A stretch of DNA of 64,000 nucleotides from Candidatus Moanibacter sp. (GCA_965215885.1 CBDCEW010000091.1:32001-96000); one strand, 5' to 3'. Positions 49,231 through 60,219 are shown, numbered from the stretch's first letter. Numbers and translations: made by a program. The notes: a model not told the origin generated them from the letters alone.

Positions 49231-50127
49231 TCAGGCTCCTTCCGGCCGCTCCCCAATCGCGGCGAGGCGCCGGGCGGCTTCGGCGTAGACATTCTCCGGC
49301 AGCGGACCGGCCTGTGCCGCCGCGACGTTGGCGCGCAGGTGCTCGAGGTCGGCGGTTCCGACGATGGTAGTGTGACAATCCCGATGGCTTAAAGTGTAGC
49401 GGAGCACGAATTCATGGCGGTTCATGCCGTCAAGGAGATCATCCATTTCCGCCTGCTCCCACTTCGCCCGACGTTCGCCTGATTCCCGGTGCCCTTTGGC
49501 GACCCCTCCCCGAATGATGATCCCGGCTCCCAGACGTGCGGCCTCGCGAATCATATCTTCGTGCTGGCGCTCGAGGAGGGAATAGGGAATCTGAAAGGAG
49601 TCAAATACCCCCATGCGCGCGAATTCCAAAAGGTTAGGAGCAGTCGAGGAGACGCCTATAAACCGCGTCTTTCCGGAGGCCCGGATCTCCTCGAGGGCCT
49701 CGACGAGACCATTCCGCTCGACGTCCTCGACGGACGGGTTGTGCATCTGGAGAATGTCGACATGGTCGACCTTCATCCTTTTGAGGCTATGCTCAATATT
49801 GCGACGGAAAACATCGCCTTGCCACAGGTGGGACGGCTCCTGCCGTAGCCCTTCCGGATAGGTGATGTTGCATCCGCACTTAGTGGAGAGAAAAAATTCG
49901 TCCCTCCGGTGGCTGATGTGCTTGCCGATGCGCTCCTCGCTGAGCCCGTAATCCGGAGAGCTGTCAATAAACGTGATCCCGGAATCGAGGACGGAATTGA
50001 GAACATTTTCGGCGTCCTTCTCGCTAATATCTTCCCGCTTTCCGCGAAGTTCCATCGCCCCGTAACCGAGTTGCGTGACTTCCAGGCCGGTTCGCCCGAG
50101 GGTTCGTTTGTTTAGGTAATTTCCCAT
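49231..50127 (-). CDS. Aldo/keto reductase
   Basis: LGRTGLEV, IDSSPDYG, STKCG, ILQMH and IGVS. Confidence 0.92.
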   Translation of the reverse strand: MGNYLNKRTLGRTGLEVTQLGYGAMELRGKREDISEKDAENVLNSVLDSGITFIDSSPDYGLSEERIGKHISHRRDEFFLSTKCGCNITYPEGLRQEPSHLWQGDVFRRNIEHSLKRMKVDHVDILQMHNPSVEDVERNGLVEALEEIRASGKTRFIGVSSTAPNLLEFARMGVFDSFQIPYSLLERQHEDMIREAARLGAGIIIRGGVAKGHRESGERRAKWEQAEMDDLLDGMNRHEFVLRYTLSHRDCHTTIVGTADLEHLRANVAAAQAGPLPENVYAEAARRLAAIGERPEGA

Positions 50128-50190
50128 AATCCAGACGCTGGGTCAGGGACCCTGTAAAGTCAACCGAACGCGGCGTTCTCGGTAGCGGAA

Positions 50191-50352
50191 CTTCGCCTCG
50201 ACGAGAACAGAATCGTTGAATCCGAAGAGGTGCGTCCAGGGGTGATCCTTGACTTTGACGAAAGCGACCGCGTTGTGGGCGTCGAGTTTCTGAACATTTC
50301 CACTCTCGCTACTCCAGACGAACTCTCGTCGATTCAATTCCAGTCAACCTGA
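50191..50352 (+). pseudogene. DUF2283-like protein, 5'-truncated
   Basis: RLDENRIVESEEVRPGVILDFDESDRVVGVEFL. No start codon upstream in frame. Confidence 0.6.
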
Positions 50353-50696
50353 CTCTGATGGCCCTAAATTGCGGCAGGAATCGCTCGCGAGCGAGCTTCC
50401 TACGATTTGTGTTAGCTGTTGTAGGAAGGCCGCTTGTCGAAGACTCTTCCGTACGGTAGAGCGGCCGAATCGGAAACGTCGGTGATAACTGTGAAGAGTC
50501 CCTAATTTGGCGACGTTCAGGCCTGACCCTTTCGGCCCTGGAACGAACGTTTCAGAATGGACTGGCTAAAATCGGCCGTTTCCTCTTCAGTGCAATGCAC
50601 CGGGTTTGATACACGACATTTAGTCCGGAAATCTCACTGTGAGATAAGCGGGTTAGTGCAGATTCCCTTTCGGCAGCAGACAACGGATAGCGACCG

Positions 50697-53052
50697 ATGA
50701 TTGGCCAGACCATCACCCATTACCGCATTACGGACAGGATCGGCGCAGGTGGCATGGGCGAGGTGTACCGGGCCACCGACACGGTTTTGAAGCGTGAGGT
50801 AGCGCTGAAGTTTTTGCCCGAGGAACTGGCGCGGGATGAGGTGGCCCGCCGTCGCTTCCTGCGGGAAGCCCAATCCGCCGCTGCTCTCGACCACCCGTTT
50901 ATCTGTCACATCCACGAAATTGGTGAAGCCGACGGCAAGGACTTTATCGCCATGGAATATGTCGAGGGCCGGACTCTTAGGGACCGACTGGCTCCGGGGC
51001 CGCTCGCCATTGCAGAGTGCCTCAAGATTGCCCTGGAGATCGCTGAAGCCCTTGAGAAGGCACATCAGAACAGGATTGTACACCGGGATCTCAAACCCTC
51101 CAACATCATGCTGACACCGGACGGGCACGCTAAGGTGATGGATTTTGGTCTGGCCAAGCGTGTGGCGCGAGAGGAGGAAAATAGCGAAGAAGCGACCCTG
51201 ACCGGTCTGACGCGGGAAGGATCGACCGTCGGCACCGTACCCTACATGTCGCCTGAACAACTCAAGGGAGAAGAGGTGGACACCCGATCCGACATCTTCT
51301 CCTTCGGGATCATTCTTTACGAGATGCTGGCCGGGGTGCACCCGTTCCGAAAGCCCGAGGGGATAGAGACGGCGGGAGCGATTCTGCACAATGAGCCGGC
51401 GCCGCCGGCACGTTACCGGGAGGGGGTCTCCGAAGTTCTGGGACACATGCTCAGAAAGATGCTGGCGAAGGATCCCGGCGACCGCTACCAGTCGGTGCAC
51501 GAGGTGCAGACTAACCTCAGGATGGTGAGCGGCGAGTCGGTGCCGCCCGACCGGGATGAAGAGCCGCGACCGGCACTCCGCAGATCGAAAAAGAGTGTCG
51601 TCCTCCTGTCGGTGCTCTCGGTGGTGGTGTTAGCGGGCTGTATTCTGCTTTGGGTGCGTCAGGCTGAGGAGCCGCCAGCGGTCACCGTGGAAGGAAAAGC
51701 CGACTCTGGAAAGGTGACGGTGGCACAGTCGGAACCCACACCGGGCATCGCGGATCACGCATCTCGTATCCCGTCGGAGCGTAGCGCAGACCCTGAGCCT
51801 GCCAGCCCCGAGCCCGGTCGAGGGGTCGAAGGGGATCCCGCATCCCGTCGAAGCGTAGCACAGACCCTGAGCCCGTCGAAGGGCATCGCGCATCCCGCAT
51901 CTCGGGACAGATCCATCGCCGTTCTCCCTTTCGCCAATCGAAGCAACCTTGAGGAGGACCTCTTTTTCACGGACGGGATCCACGACGACCTACTCACCCG
52001 CATCTCGCGCATCCCCGGAATCAGGACGATCTCGCGGACCTCGGTCATGCGTTACCGGAACCCGGTCCAGAACATGCGGACGATTGGAGAGGAACTCGGC
52101 GTAAGTCACATCCTGGAAGGGGGCGTCCAGCGCGCGGGCGACCGGATCCGCATCAACGTGCAGTTGATCGACACTCTGGCCGATGCGCACCTCTGGGCGG
52201 AGACCTACACCAAGGTGCTGACGGCTGGGAACGTCTTTGAAATCCAGAATGAGATCTCCCGGGCGATCGTGGACATCTTACGGGTGATACTGTCTCCCGA
52301 AGACAGGGAACGCATGGATCGATTGCCCACGGAAAACCTCGTGGCCCTCGAGTCCTATTTCAAGGGAAAAGTAGGTTTCTTTTTGTACACCCTCCAGGGA
52401 GCGGAAGAGGCGGTCGTTCATTTCGGAAAGGCGGTCGAGTTGGACCCCGGGTTCGCGTCTGCCCAAGCTATGCTCGGTCGAAGCTTGCTGAGAAAATTCT
52501 TTTATGCCAAAGCTCATTCCGACGATCAGCCGGTCATCGAAGCAGAGTCCCATATCCTGAGGGCGGTGGAGTTGGACGACTCGTTGAGCGAAGCCTATGC
52601 TGCACTGGGAGGCTGCCTTTCCTTCTCTTTTCGATCCGTCGGTTGAGCTCAATTATCGGAATTTCCACGCCGCGAAGGAGGTCGCTCGGGTATTGATGGC
52701 GATGGGCGAAAGCGATCAGGCCAATCAACTGATTGAGAAAGCCCTTCCGCTCGCGAAATCACTTCTGAGAGGGCCTGGCTATTTTGAGATCCCTCGTGTC
52801 TTTGAGGCAACCCTTCGCTCCATTGAGGGCGACGAACGGGAAGCGCTGGACGCGATCAGGCGATCTTGGGGTGGTCGGTGGTCTCCATACGAACTCTTGC
52901 TGATCGATGAGCTGAAGCCAATTCTGGACCATCCCGAGTACCAGGCGATGGCCGCGAAGCGAAAGGCCGAGCTGGCGGTCCAGTTGGAGCGTATCCGGGA
53001 GATGGAGGCCAACGGTGAACTGGCGCGGATTCCGGTGTTGGAAGGGGAATAG
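50697..53052 (+). CDS. Hanks-type Ser/Thr kinase with TM, TolB-N-like domain and TPR tail; frame break near 52620
   Basis: [38 protein letters not shown] and TPR helices. Confidence 0.9.
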
Positions 53053-53152
53053 GGCAATTGCGTGGATCCTTTGTTTTTCACGATTTTTGGAACTACGAAT
53101 AGCGCGAATCTGCGCAAATGGGGAATGAATCCGTCCCGGTCGGACCGAAGCT

Positions 53153-55528
53153 CAGACCTCACTATATTGCCCCTCTAAAGGCACTATGCAATCGCAAGTT
53201 TAAATCCCGATTTTTTGCCCAGTCGGAAGATGATTCTTCGGCCTGAAACCGTCGGGCATCAGTAAGGGCTTCTCATTGAGAGTTTGCAGATACTCAAGCA
53301 CCACCGCCTGCACCCGAGGGGGATAAGTTGCGGTGGGGAATAAATGCGCTTCGACCGCACAGCCCCTCTCTATAAGAAACGCCGTCACTGTGAGTCAAAT
53401 TGCGAAACAGATCGTGGTCGTCACGATAGTTGTTGTAGCGAGCTTTAAAGGGTTCGAGCTGCTTGTAGAAGCTGTTACGGGCGAAGATTTTCAAGGCATC
53501 CATGAGGGACTTGTTAGCGGTGTCCAGGCGGACATAGTTTTCATCAATGAGGCGCTGCAGCCTCGAGCATTCGGTGTCGATTTGCGCCAGTTCGAGTTGG
53601 AGGGCTTTGAGGGCCTGATCGAGTCGACGGATCTTTTCGCCCCTTGAGGCGCTTTTGCCCGGGTGGGCATGCTCGGCCAGGAGCAGTCTTTTCAATTCTT
53701 CGGTGCATTGCTGTTTTTGCTTCAGGAGGGCTTTGGCGGCACCGCTTTTCTCCTGCTTGTCCTCAAGGTGTTGGGCTAATCGCTTGTAGTGGACGGTGCG
53801 ATAAGAGGTGATCTGATTAATCCCAAAGTGCTTATCGAGGTATTTGAAGTCATTCTCCTGAATCCAGCGACTGAACATCCCTTTGATTACCTCTTCATTT
53901 CGGGCCTGCTGATCGGTCGCCAGGATGCTCACGGTAATGGTTCGATTTTTTGGATTGGTCGCCTCCACGATCCACTGCACCAGTTGAGGATTTTTCTTCC
54001 AGGGGCCCCGCTGATAGCGAAGATGATACTCCTGGAGATCTTCGGCATGGTTGCGCGCGCGCTGCAGGCGCAACTGCCCGTCGATCCGTTGGAGGGGCTG
54101 GGCGCTGGCCTTGTAACCTTTTTCCCAGGTAATGATTTCGAGTTGAGGATGCTCCACGATGGCTTCGTAAAACCACTCCGCGGCGATCGCCCGGTCCACG
54201 TAAATGCTCACCTTCTTATCAGCCGGCAACTGCACCAGCTCGAGCATCGCTTCGCAGTTGGGGATAAACCGTTCCCTTATATCCTCATAGTTGTCGGTAC
54301 TCGCAAAATAGATCGGATAGCCCTTGAGGGTATGAATAAAATCGCTGTGGAGCGCTTTGTCGGCCAGACGGATACCCGGACACCATCCCGCCAGCACCTT
54401 GCTCATTCCGGTGTAATGTTTGGTGTGCGGATCATAATAAAAGCTCTCTTCATCCGAAGCATTCAGGCCCCTCGCGTTCACTCTGAGGATCTCTCTTAAA
54501 AGCCCTTCATCGGCCAGGGCGCTAAGGCTTTGGCGTTGCAGATAGGGGGTATACAGGACTCGCCCGATGAGTTTTTGCAGGTCTTCGAGATCGAGCAGTT
54601 TGCTCTGCTCGATATTGACCGCGGCCAACAACCCGCAAGCCACCCATTGTTTCAAAAGCCAGCCCTCTTCGCGATCAATCTGAGCGACTTCTCTGAGCGC
54701 GGCACTGAACAGAAGTACTCCCAGGTGCCGATACCATTGCACCGCTTCGGAGCTCTCCCTCGAAAAATCGGGAGACTCCTTGCGATTGTCCCCTTCGCTT
54801 TCGGGGCTATTTTCTGCTTCTTGCTCCTGTTCGTCCCTCCCCGAGTCCTCCGGGCAATCCCAGGGAGTCTCCCGATTTTGCGCCCTCTCGGCTTCGGCCT
54901 CCTTTGCCCGGGCCTCTTTAAGCTCCTTAAAGACAGGGCGCAAAGTTTCCCCACTGAGGTTAACTCCGAACACCTCCTCGATCTCCCCCCGTATCTTCTT
55001 GCTGTAGCCATACCGACTCTCCCCATAGATCTGCCCGAAGCGCACCCGCCCAAAACTCCGGATTTCCCTCGTCAATTTGCGATGAGCGCTGCGTCCCGCC
55101 AGCACTCGCGCTAAGGTCTCGGCATCTCCGCTTTGAAGCGCCTCCCCCCACCGCTTCATCGTTTTGGGGTCAACCTCAAATTGCTTCTCTAAGCGCCCTT
55201 TCTTCAACCCCGCATTGTAGAGGCGCCCCACCAATAGCTTGAATTCAACTTGCTCCCGATCGTCCTCTACGACTTCAAAAAGCTCATGCCCGTAATAGAC
55301 GTGCAGTTTGCCTTCGCTCAGATCCCGATAGACCGTGATCGAGGGATGACCCTTGTCCACTCCAAGGATGCACTGTAAGAAGGTCTCTTCTTTGACGGTA
55401 GGTTTCTCCATTTTTCTTCGAATTTGATGGTTCGAAGATGAAGCCTACCGTTTTCTTTAGCTCTTAAAAGCCGGGAATTGTATCTGCGATTGCCCCCTGC
55501 CCGCCAACCCGCATGATAGCGAGTTCTG
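53153..55528 (-). mobile_element. 2376-bp IS, copy 2, with 5-bp TSD AAGCT; transposase frameshifted near its 3' end
   Basis: AAGCT at 53148-53152 and 55529-55533. ORF 53294-55411. Two 1-bp insertions relative to copy 1. Confidence 0.92.
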
Positions 55529-55544
55529 AAGCTACTGAACCCCT

Positions 55545-55830
55545 TCATTCATGTTGTTTCATCCAGTAATCTCTAAACGCTCGAAGCCGAGGAAGCGTCT
55601 CGCGATCGCTAATCCGGTCAGCTGCTGTCTTGCTGGCAATTATGTCATCGAGATGACACACCGGGAAGCCCTCCACTTCGACATGCCGATTCCAGGCTTC
55701 CTCGAAATCTTCTATTCCGTCTGGCGCAAATATCAGATCGAGGTCGAAAGGACCATTCTTCAGCTGAACATTGTCTTTACCGCTCTCAATTTCAGCGGCC
55801 TGGACATAATCAAAGCGTGCGGCCATAACC
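55545..55830 (-). pseudogene. Nucleotidyltransferase-like gene with an apparent internal deletion
   Basis: MAARFDYVQAAEI runs straight into GPFDLDLIFAPDGI...LDDIIASK...R..DRETL. The GG/DxD core is missing. Confidence 0.5.
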
Positions 55831-56051
55831 CAACCAATTCGGAAGATTCTCTTCGCATCAGAGCAGGTATTGAGCTGTCGACTCAAATGACCGGAAGGCT
55901 GCATCATCAAGCACAGGTTTATAACTGTTCCTCTCCTTTATTTGATAACTACGAATAGCGCTGCAGTTCGACGGTGCTCACCACAGGCGATCCGGCTACA
56001 CCTATCCGCGTCATAATCTATCTTACTATCTGGACCCCGGCAGGCCGGGGT

Positions 56052-57095
56052 TCAGCGCACCTCTTCCGCTTCCACCTGATCCGGAACCACTACCGTCTTG
56101 ATATGATTACCGGAAGGTGAGGCGACCACTTCCGCGTAGCGCTCGAGATTAACGGTGCGTGTGACGAGAGGGTCGACCTGAATCCTCCGGGAAGTGATGA
56201 GGTCCAGGGCGGCGCCGAAAGTGTTGTTGAAAGAACGTCCGCCGATCAACTGAATCTCCTTGCGCCAGATGATGTGCGGTTCGATTGGAACGGTCTTTCC
56301 CGCGCTCGCGACGCCATAGCAGAGAAGGCGTGCACCGATTGCGCAGAGCTTGAAAGCCAGTTCGGTAAATTCCATCGATCCCCGGGTGTTGATCACGATG
56401 TCGGCTCCCTGTGGAAACTGACGCTCGATTTCCTCGAAAGTTGTGACAGATGTGTCGATAACCTCGTCCGCGCCCAGGGCAGACGCCATTTGCAGCCTTT
56501 CTTTTATGCTGTCGATCAGGACCACCCGTCGGGCTCCCTTGAGATGGGTCAACTGGACAAATACTTGGGCGTTCAAGCCGCCGCCGAGGATTGCGACGCA
56601 GTCTCCCTGCTGGACATTAAGTCGGCTCGTCGAGTGCAGGCAGCAGGCGAGGGGTTCAGTGACGGCGGCTTCGACCAGGCTTGTTCCCTCATCGATGAGG
56701 TAGCACTGCTCGGGAAATACGGCGGTATATTCGGCGAATCCACCACCCTTCAGGCGCGGGTGTGGTACCCGATTTTCGCAGAGGTGGGACATTCCTTTGT
56801 GGCAGGGTGGGCAGCGTCCACAGGGGCGATGCGGACTCACTGCCACCCTGCTGCCGATTGGCAATCCCTGAACTTCCTCACCGCATGCGGCAACGGTACC
56901 CGCCACTTCATGCCCCGCGATAGCCGGCTCCCTGCGGTTTGCCAATTTTTTCGCGCCCGATTTATGGCCGCTGTAATCGCCGCCACAGATCCCGCAACCG
57001 CCCACTTTGACGAGGACCTCTTCCTCACCCGGGACGGGATCGGCCATGGATTCCACGCGAATGTCTCTCGGACCGAAAGTTAGCGCCGCTTTCAT
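56052..57095 (-). CDS. Zinc-dependent (MDR) alcohol/polyol dehydrogenase
   Basis: CGICGGD, GHE, CGRCPPC..GMSHLC and EPLACC. Confidence 0.92.
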   Translation of the reverse strand: MKAALTFGPRDIRVESMADPVPGEEEVLVKVGGCGICGGDYSGHKSGAKKLANRREPAIAGHEVAGTVAACGEEVQGLPIGSRVAVSPHRPCGRCPPCHKGMSHLCENRVPHPRLKGGGFAEYTAVFPEQCYLIDEGTSLVEAAVTEPLACCLHSTSRLNVQQGDCVAILGGGLNAQVFVQLTHLKGARRVVLIDSIKERLQMASALGADEVIDTSVTTFEEIERQFPQGADIVINTRGSMEFTELAFKLCAIGARLLCYGVASAGKTVPIEPHIIWRKEIQLIGGRSFNNTFGAALDLITSRRIQVDPLVTRTVNLERYAEVVASPSGNHIKTVVVPDQVEAEEVR

Positions 57096-57298
57096 ATTCG
57101 TGTACAGAGTAGTGGCTGTTTGAAGCCTCACGCAAGTCTTAGTCTTGCCGAACAGTGGTCCAGACTGTAGGATTCTGCCGTACGGCAGAACGGAGGTTAC
57201 CAAAATGCCACGGTCCTTTGAAAATCCGGCTACAGATGGCGTCATTCTTGTAGCCGCGTTCGCAAGAACGTGGGGTGTTTTCAATAGAATTATTCTTT

Positions 57299-58617
57299 CA
57301 GTACTGTCCGGTTATAAGTCAAACAACTCCAACTGTTTAGGAATGCGGTGTTCATTGAAAGTGTAATCGGTTTCTGTAAGTAGTTCAGTCATAGGAGTTT
57401 TCTCAAATAGGGTGAAGCTGAGAATCTGTAGGATTTTGTGCAAACTGATCTCCAGGCGAAGGCGTTTGCGGATGATGGCGATGAGCACATAGACGCTGAC
57501 GGCAATCCAGATTTGAGTCTTCACAGCATTCTCGGAGGTGCCGAAAAAGCTCTTGATGCGCAAGTGCTGTTTGATCCATTTGAAGAACAATTCGATCTGC
57601 CAGCGTAAACGGTAAATCTGGGTGATGATTATGGCTGGGAGGGCAAACTGGTTGGTGAGAAACACGAAGCGCTCGGAACTGTCGGGATCGAGGTAAGTGA
57701 TACGCCGGAGTCTTTCGGGGTAGGCCTTGGCAGGATAGAAGCTGACCAGGGCAACGGTCTGGTCCGAACGCAGACCGGTTGATTTGTCGACCTTTTGAGA
57801 GTAGAGGCGGCGAAACTGAAAGCCGCGGCGGGCGCGTGTGACGAAGAAAGAACCGCATTGTGCGATCCGATAGAGGCGCTCGTAATGCAGATAGGCTCGG
57901 TCCATTACATAGTAAGCACCGGCCTCGGGGATGATGAGATCCAGAATGTTTACGTCGTGAACTTTTCCATCGGTAATCTCGATAAAATAAGGGATAGAGC
58001 CTCTGAGATCGAGAAGCGTATGGACCTTCACCGCCCCCTTGTGCTTGCGGAAACGTGCCCACGGGAAGAGTGATAGACATAGATCGATCGTGGTGGAGTC
58101 CAGAGCGTAGAGCGTATTGTCCAGGTCGATGCCCAGATCCTCGTTTGAATACAAAGGACGAGCCATTGCGATGAGGACCTGTGCAAAGTCGGCGTAGATG
58201 CGCCAGTCTCGTTTCTCGTTGGCATCGGCGAGCGTGCTTTTGGATACTCCGCTTCGAATCCCTGCGTGGTATAGTTTTGGTTGTACTGCCCGCAGGCAGG
58301 TTTCGATGTCGCGCAGACTCTCCCGGTAGGTCAACTCGGCAAAACCCATGCAGAGAAATTGTTCGAAGCAACTGAACTTTTGAACTTTGTAGTCGCCTCC
58401 GTAGCGTTGGACGCAACGATGGAACTGATGGCGCGGAAGATAATCTATGATTTGAGAAAAAACGAATCGACCTGTATACATGATTTGGACCCTCGAAATT
58501 TTTGAGAGTCCACAAGGCTTTTTGCAATTTCAAGTCGAAAACAGCAGAAATCATATGTAAAATGTTGGTTATCAATCGATTAACCTGCGTTCCTAGAAAA
58601 ACAACCGGACAGTAGTG
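57299..58617 (-). mobile_element. IS4-family insertion sequence with 9-bp TSD TTATTCTTT
   Basis: TIR CAGTACTGTCCGGTT / CACTACTGTCCGGTT. TSD at 57290-57298 and 58618-58626. Confidence 0.95.
57312..58481 (-). CDS. IS4-family transposase (DUF4372 + DDE)
   Basis: LDSTTIDL, MDRAY and YRLRWQIELFFKWIKQHL. Confidence 0.95.
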   Translation of the reverse strand: MYTGRFVFSQIIDYLPRHQFHRCVQRYGGDYKVQKFSCFEQFLCMGFAELTYRESLRDIETCLRAVQPKLYHAGIRSGVSKSTLADANEKRDWRIYADFAQVLIAMARPLYSNEDLGIDLDNTLYALDSTTIDLCLSLFPWARFRKHKGAVKVHTLLDLRGSIPYFIEITDGKVHDVNILDLIIPEAGAYYVMDRAYLHYERLYRIAQCGSFFVTRARRGFQFRRLYSQKVDKSTGLRSDQTVALVSFYPAKAYPERLRRITYLDPDSSERFVFLTNQFALPAIIITQIYRLRWQIELFFKWIKQHLRIKSFFGTSENAVKTQIWIAVSVYVLIAIIRKRLRLEISLHKILQILSFTLFEKTPMTELLTETDYTFNEHRIPKQLELFDL

Positions 58618-58624
58618 TTATTCT

Positions 58625-59030
58625 TTAGCTTAGAAGCCTAACGATCCCCAGGGCAAGCCTGGGGGATTCGAGAGTCTCAAGTTTTTCGGCTACCAAGACC
58701 GATCCAACCTTTCCAGAAGATCCTCCGGGCTCGCCCCGGAGAGTCTCAGGTTTTTCGGCTACCAACGCCGCTCCAACCATTCCAGAAGATCCTCCGGGCT
58801 CGTCCCGGAGAGTCTCAGGTTTTTCGGCTACCAACACCGATCCAACCATTCCAGAAGATCCTCCGGGCTCGCCCCGGAGAGTCTCAGGTTTTTCGGCTAC
58901 CAACGCCGCTCCAACCATTCCAGAAGATCCTCCGGGCTCGCCCCGGAGAGTCTCAGGTTTTTCGGCTACCAGCACCGATCCAACCATTCCAGAAGATCCT
59001 CCGGGCTTGACCTGGAAAGCATTCTGGTTT
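58625..59030. repeat. TAG-hairpin cluster: one + unit and a 69-bp tandem array of - units
   Basis: + unit at 58625-58668. - units at 58719, 58788, 58857 and 58926, with a degenerate one at 58995. Confidence 0.95.
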
Positions 59031-59047
59031 AGACGCTTCAGGCACGT

Positions 59048-59897
59048 ATGAAATTCTCGAGACTTGAAAACGAGCAGAGGGAGTTCTTCGACCAGAACGG
59101 ATACATGGTCGTGCGCAAGGCTTTGGACGCCGATATGTTGGAGCGGGTGACGGCGGCATGTGACGGAGTGGTGGAGAAGAATTACAAGGATCTCGGCTCC
59201 CGTCGTGCTAGCCTATTAAACGTCCTTCCCGAGGATGATGTCTTCCTGACCCTCCTTACGTGGGAAAAAACCGTGCCGCTGGTTGTCCAGTTGCTGAGTT
59301 TCGACCTTCGCCTCGCAAAGTCACACCTCATCTACAACTTCCCGGACCCTCCGAATGCCAAACCGCCGACCAACTGGCACCGCGATTTCACGGAGAGTCC
59401 ATTTGATCTCGGTCCCCACCGCTACCCGCGTCTGCTCATCAAGATCGCCTATCAGTTGACCGACACGACTTCGCTCAGCGGGAATACGATTCTTGTGCCC
59501 GGGAGCAATAACTACAACCGGCGACTCGAAATTCCAGAGGGGCAGAACGACCCGGATGGCGCCGTCGAGCTCGAACTTCAAGCGGGCGACGCCTTTCTCT
59601 TCGAGAGCCGTACTTTCCACCGAATCGGGCTCAATCGAAGCGAAGTCCCCAGAAAATGCCTGATGATGGGATACTCCTATGGCTGGATCAGTCCGCTCGA
59701 CTACGACGTGCAGCCGGATTGGCTGTTGGAGAAGGTAACCGACCCCATTGCGCGGCAACTCATCGGCGCCAATAAAAGGCGGGAGTACGGAAGTAGACCC
59801 ATGGGCGCTTAGAGAATGGGCTGAAGAGCACGGCATCGAGCGTTCCTCTGATATCGAGTACGAGCGGGTGATGGCGAGCGCCGCGCCAGGGCCGTAG
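59048..59897 (+). CDS. PhyH family Fe(II)/2OG dioxygenase, probable frameshift near 59790
   Basis: FFDQNGY, WHRD, VPGS, AGDAFLF..RTFH and NRS..PRK. Confidence 0.88.
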
Positions 59898-60055
59898 CTC
59901 TTTGAGGGGGTTTTTCCGGAGGCGTTATCGGAGAGCTTGATCGCCTTACCCAAAAGAAGAGGTAAGGTACCAGACTTATTTGCGCTAAGAAAAGGGTCTA
60001 TCACTCGCGAGCGAAGGTTAGTTATTCGGAGGTATAGTTAGTACGGTAGACGTCT

Positions 60056-60099
60056 TTAGCGTAGATACCTAGCTATCCCCAGGGTAAGCCTGGGGGATT
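60056..60099 (+). repeat. Single TAG-hairpin repeat unit
   Basis: TTAGCGTAGATACCTAGCTAT-CCCCAGGGTAAGCCTGGGGGATT. Confidence 0.85.
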
Positions 60100-60219
60100 T
60101 GAGATTATGGGGGGAGACTGCCGACACGGCTTCTCTTCTCCACGGATGGACTTACCAGTTTAGATGCGGCTTCCCCTATATGTTACACTAACGCGGGTGC
60201 AGGAACGTTCGAAGCAAAC

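Noticed and set aside
41020..55528. Composite transposon formed by the two IS copies
   Set aside because: Copy 2 has its own TSD (AAGCT) and the outer flanks (AACTT vs AAGCT) do not match, so these look like independent insertions.
58625..58987. 120-aa ORF with 23-aa repeats
   Set aside because: A by-product of the 69-bp DNA repeat. The same unit occurs in non-coding contexts.
58716..59030. Possible CRISPR array (palindromic repeat at a fixed 69-bp period)
   Set aside because: The linkers are near-identical rather than unique spacers, the unit is dispersed in both orientations elsewhere, and no cas genes are in the window.
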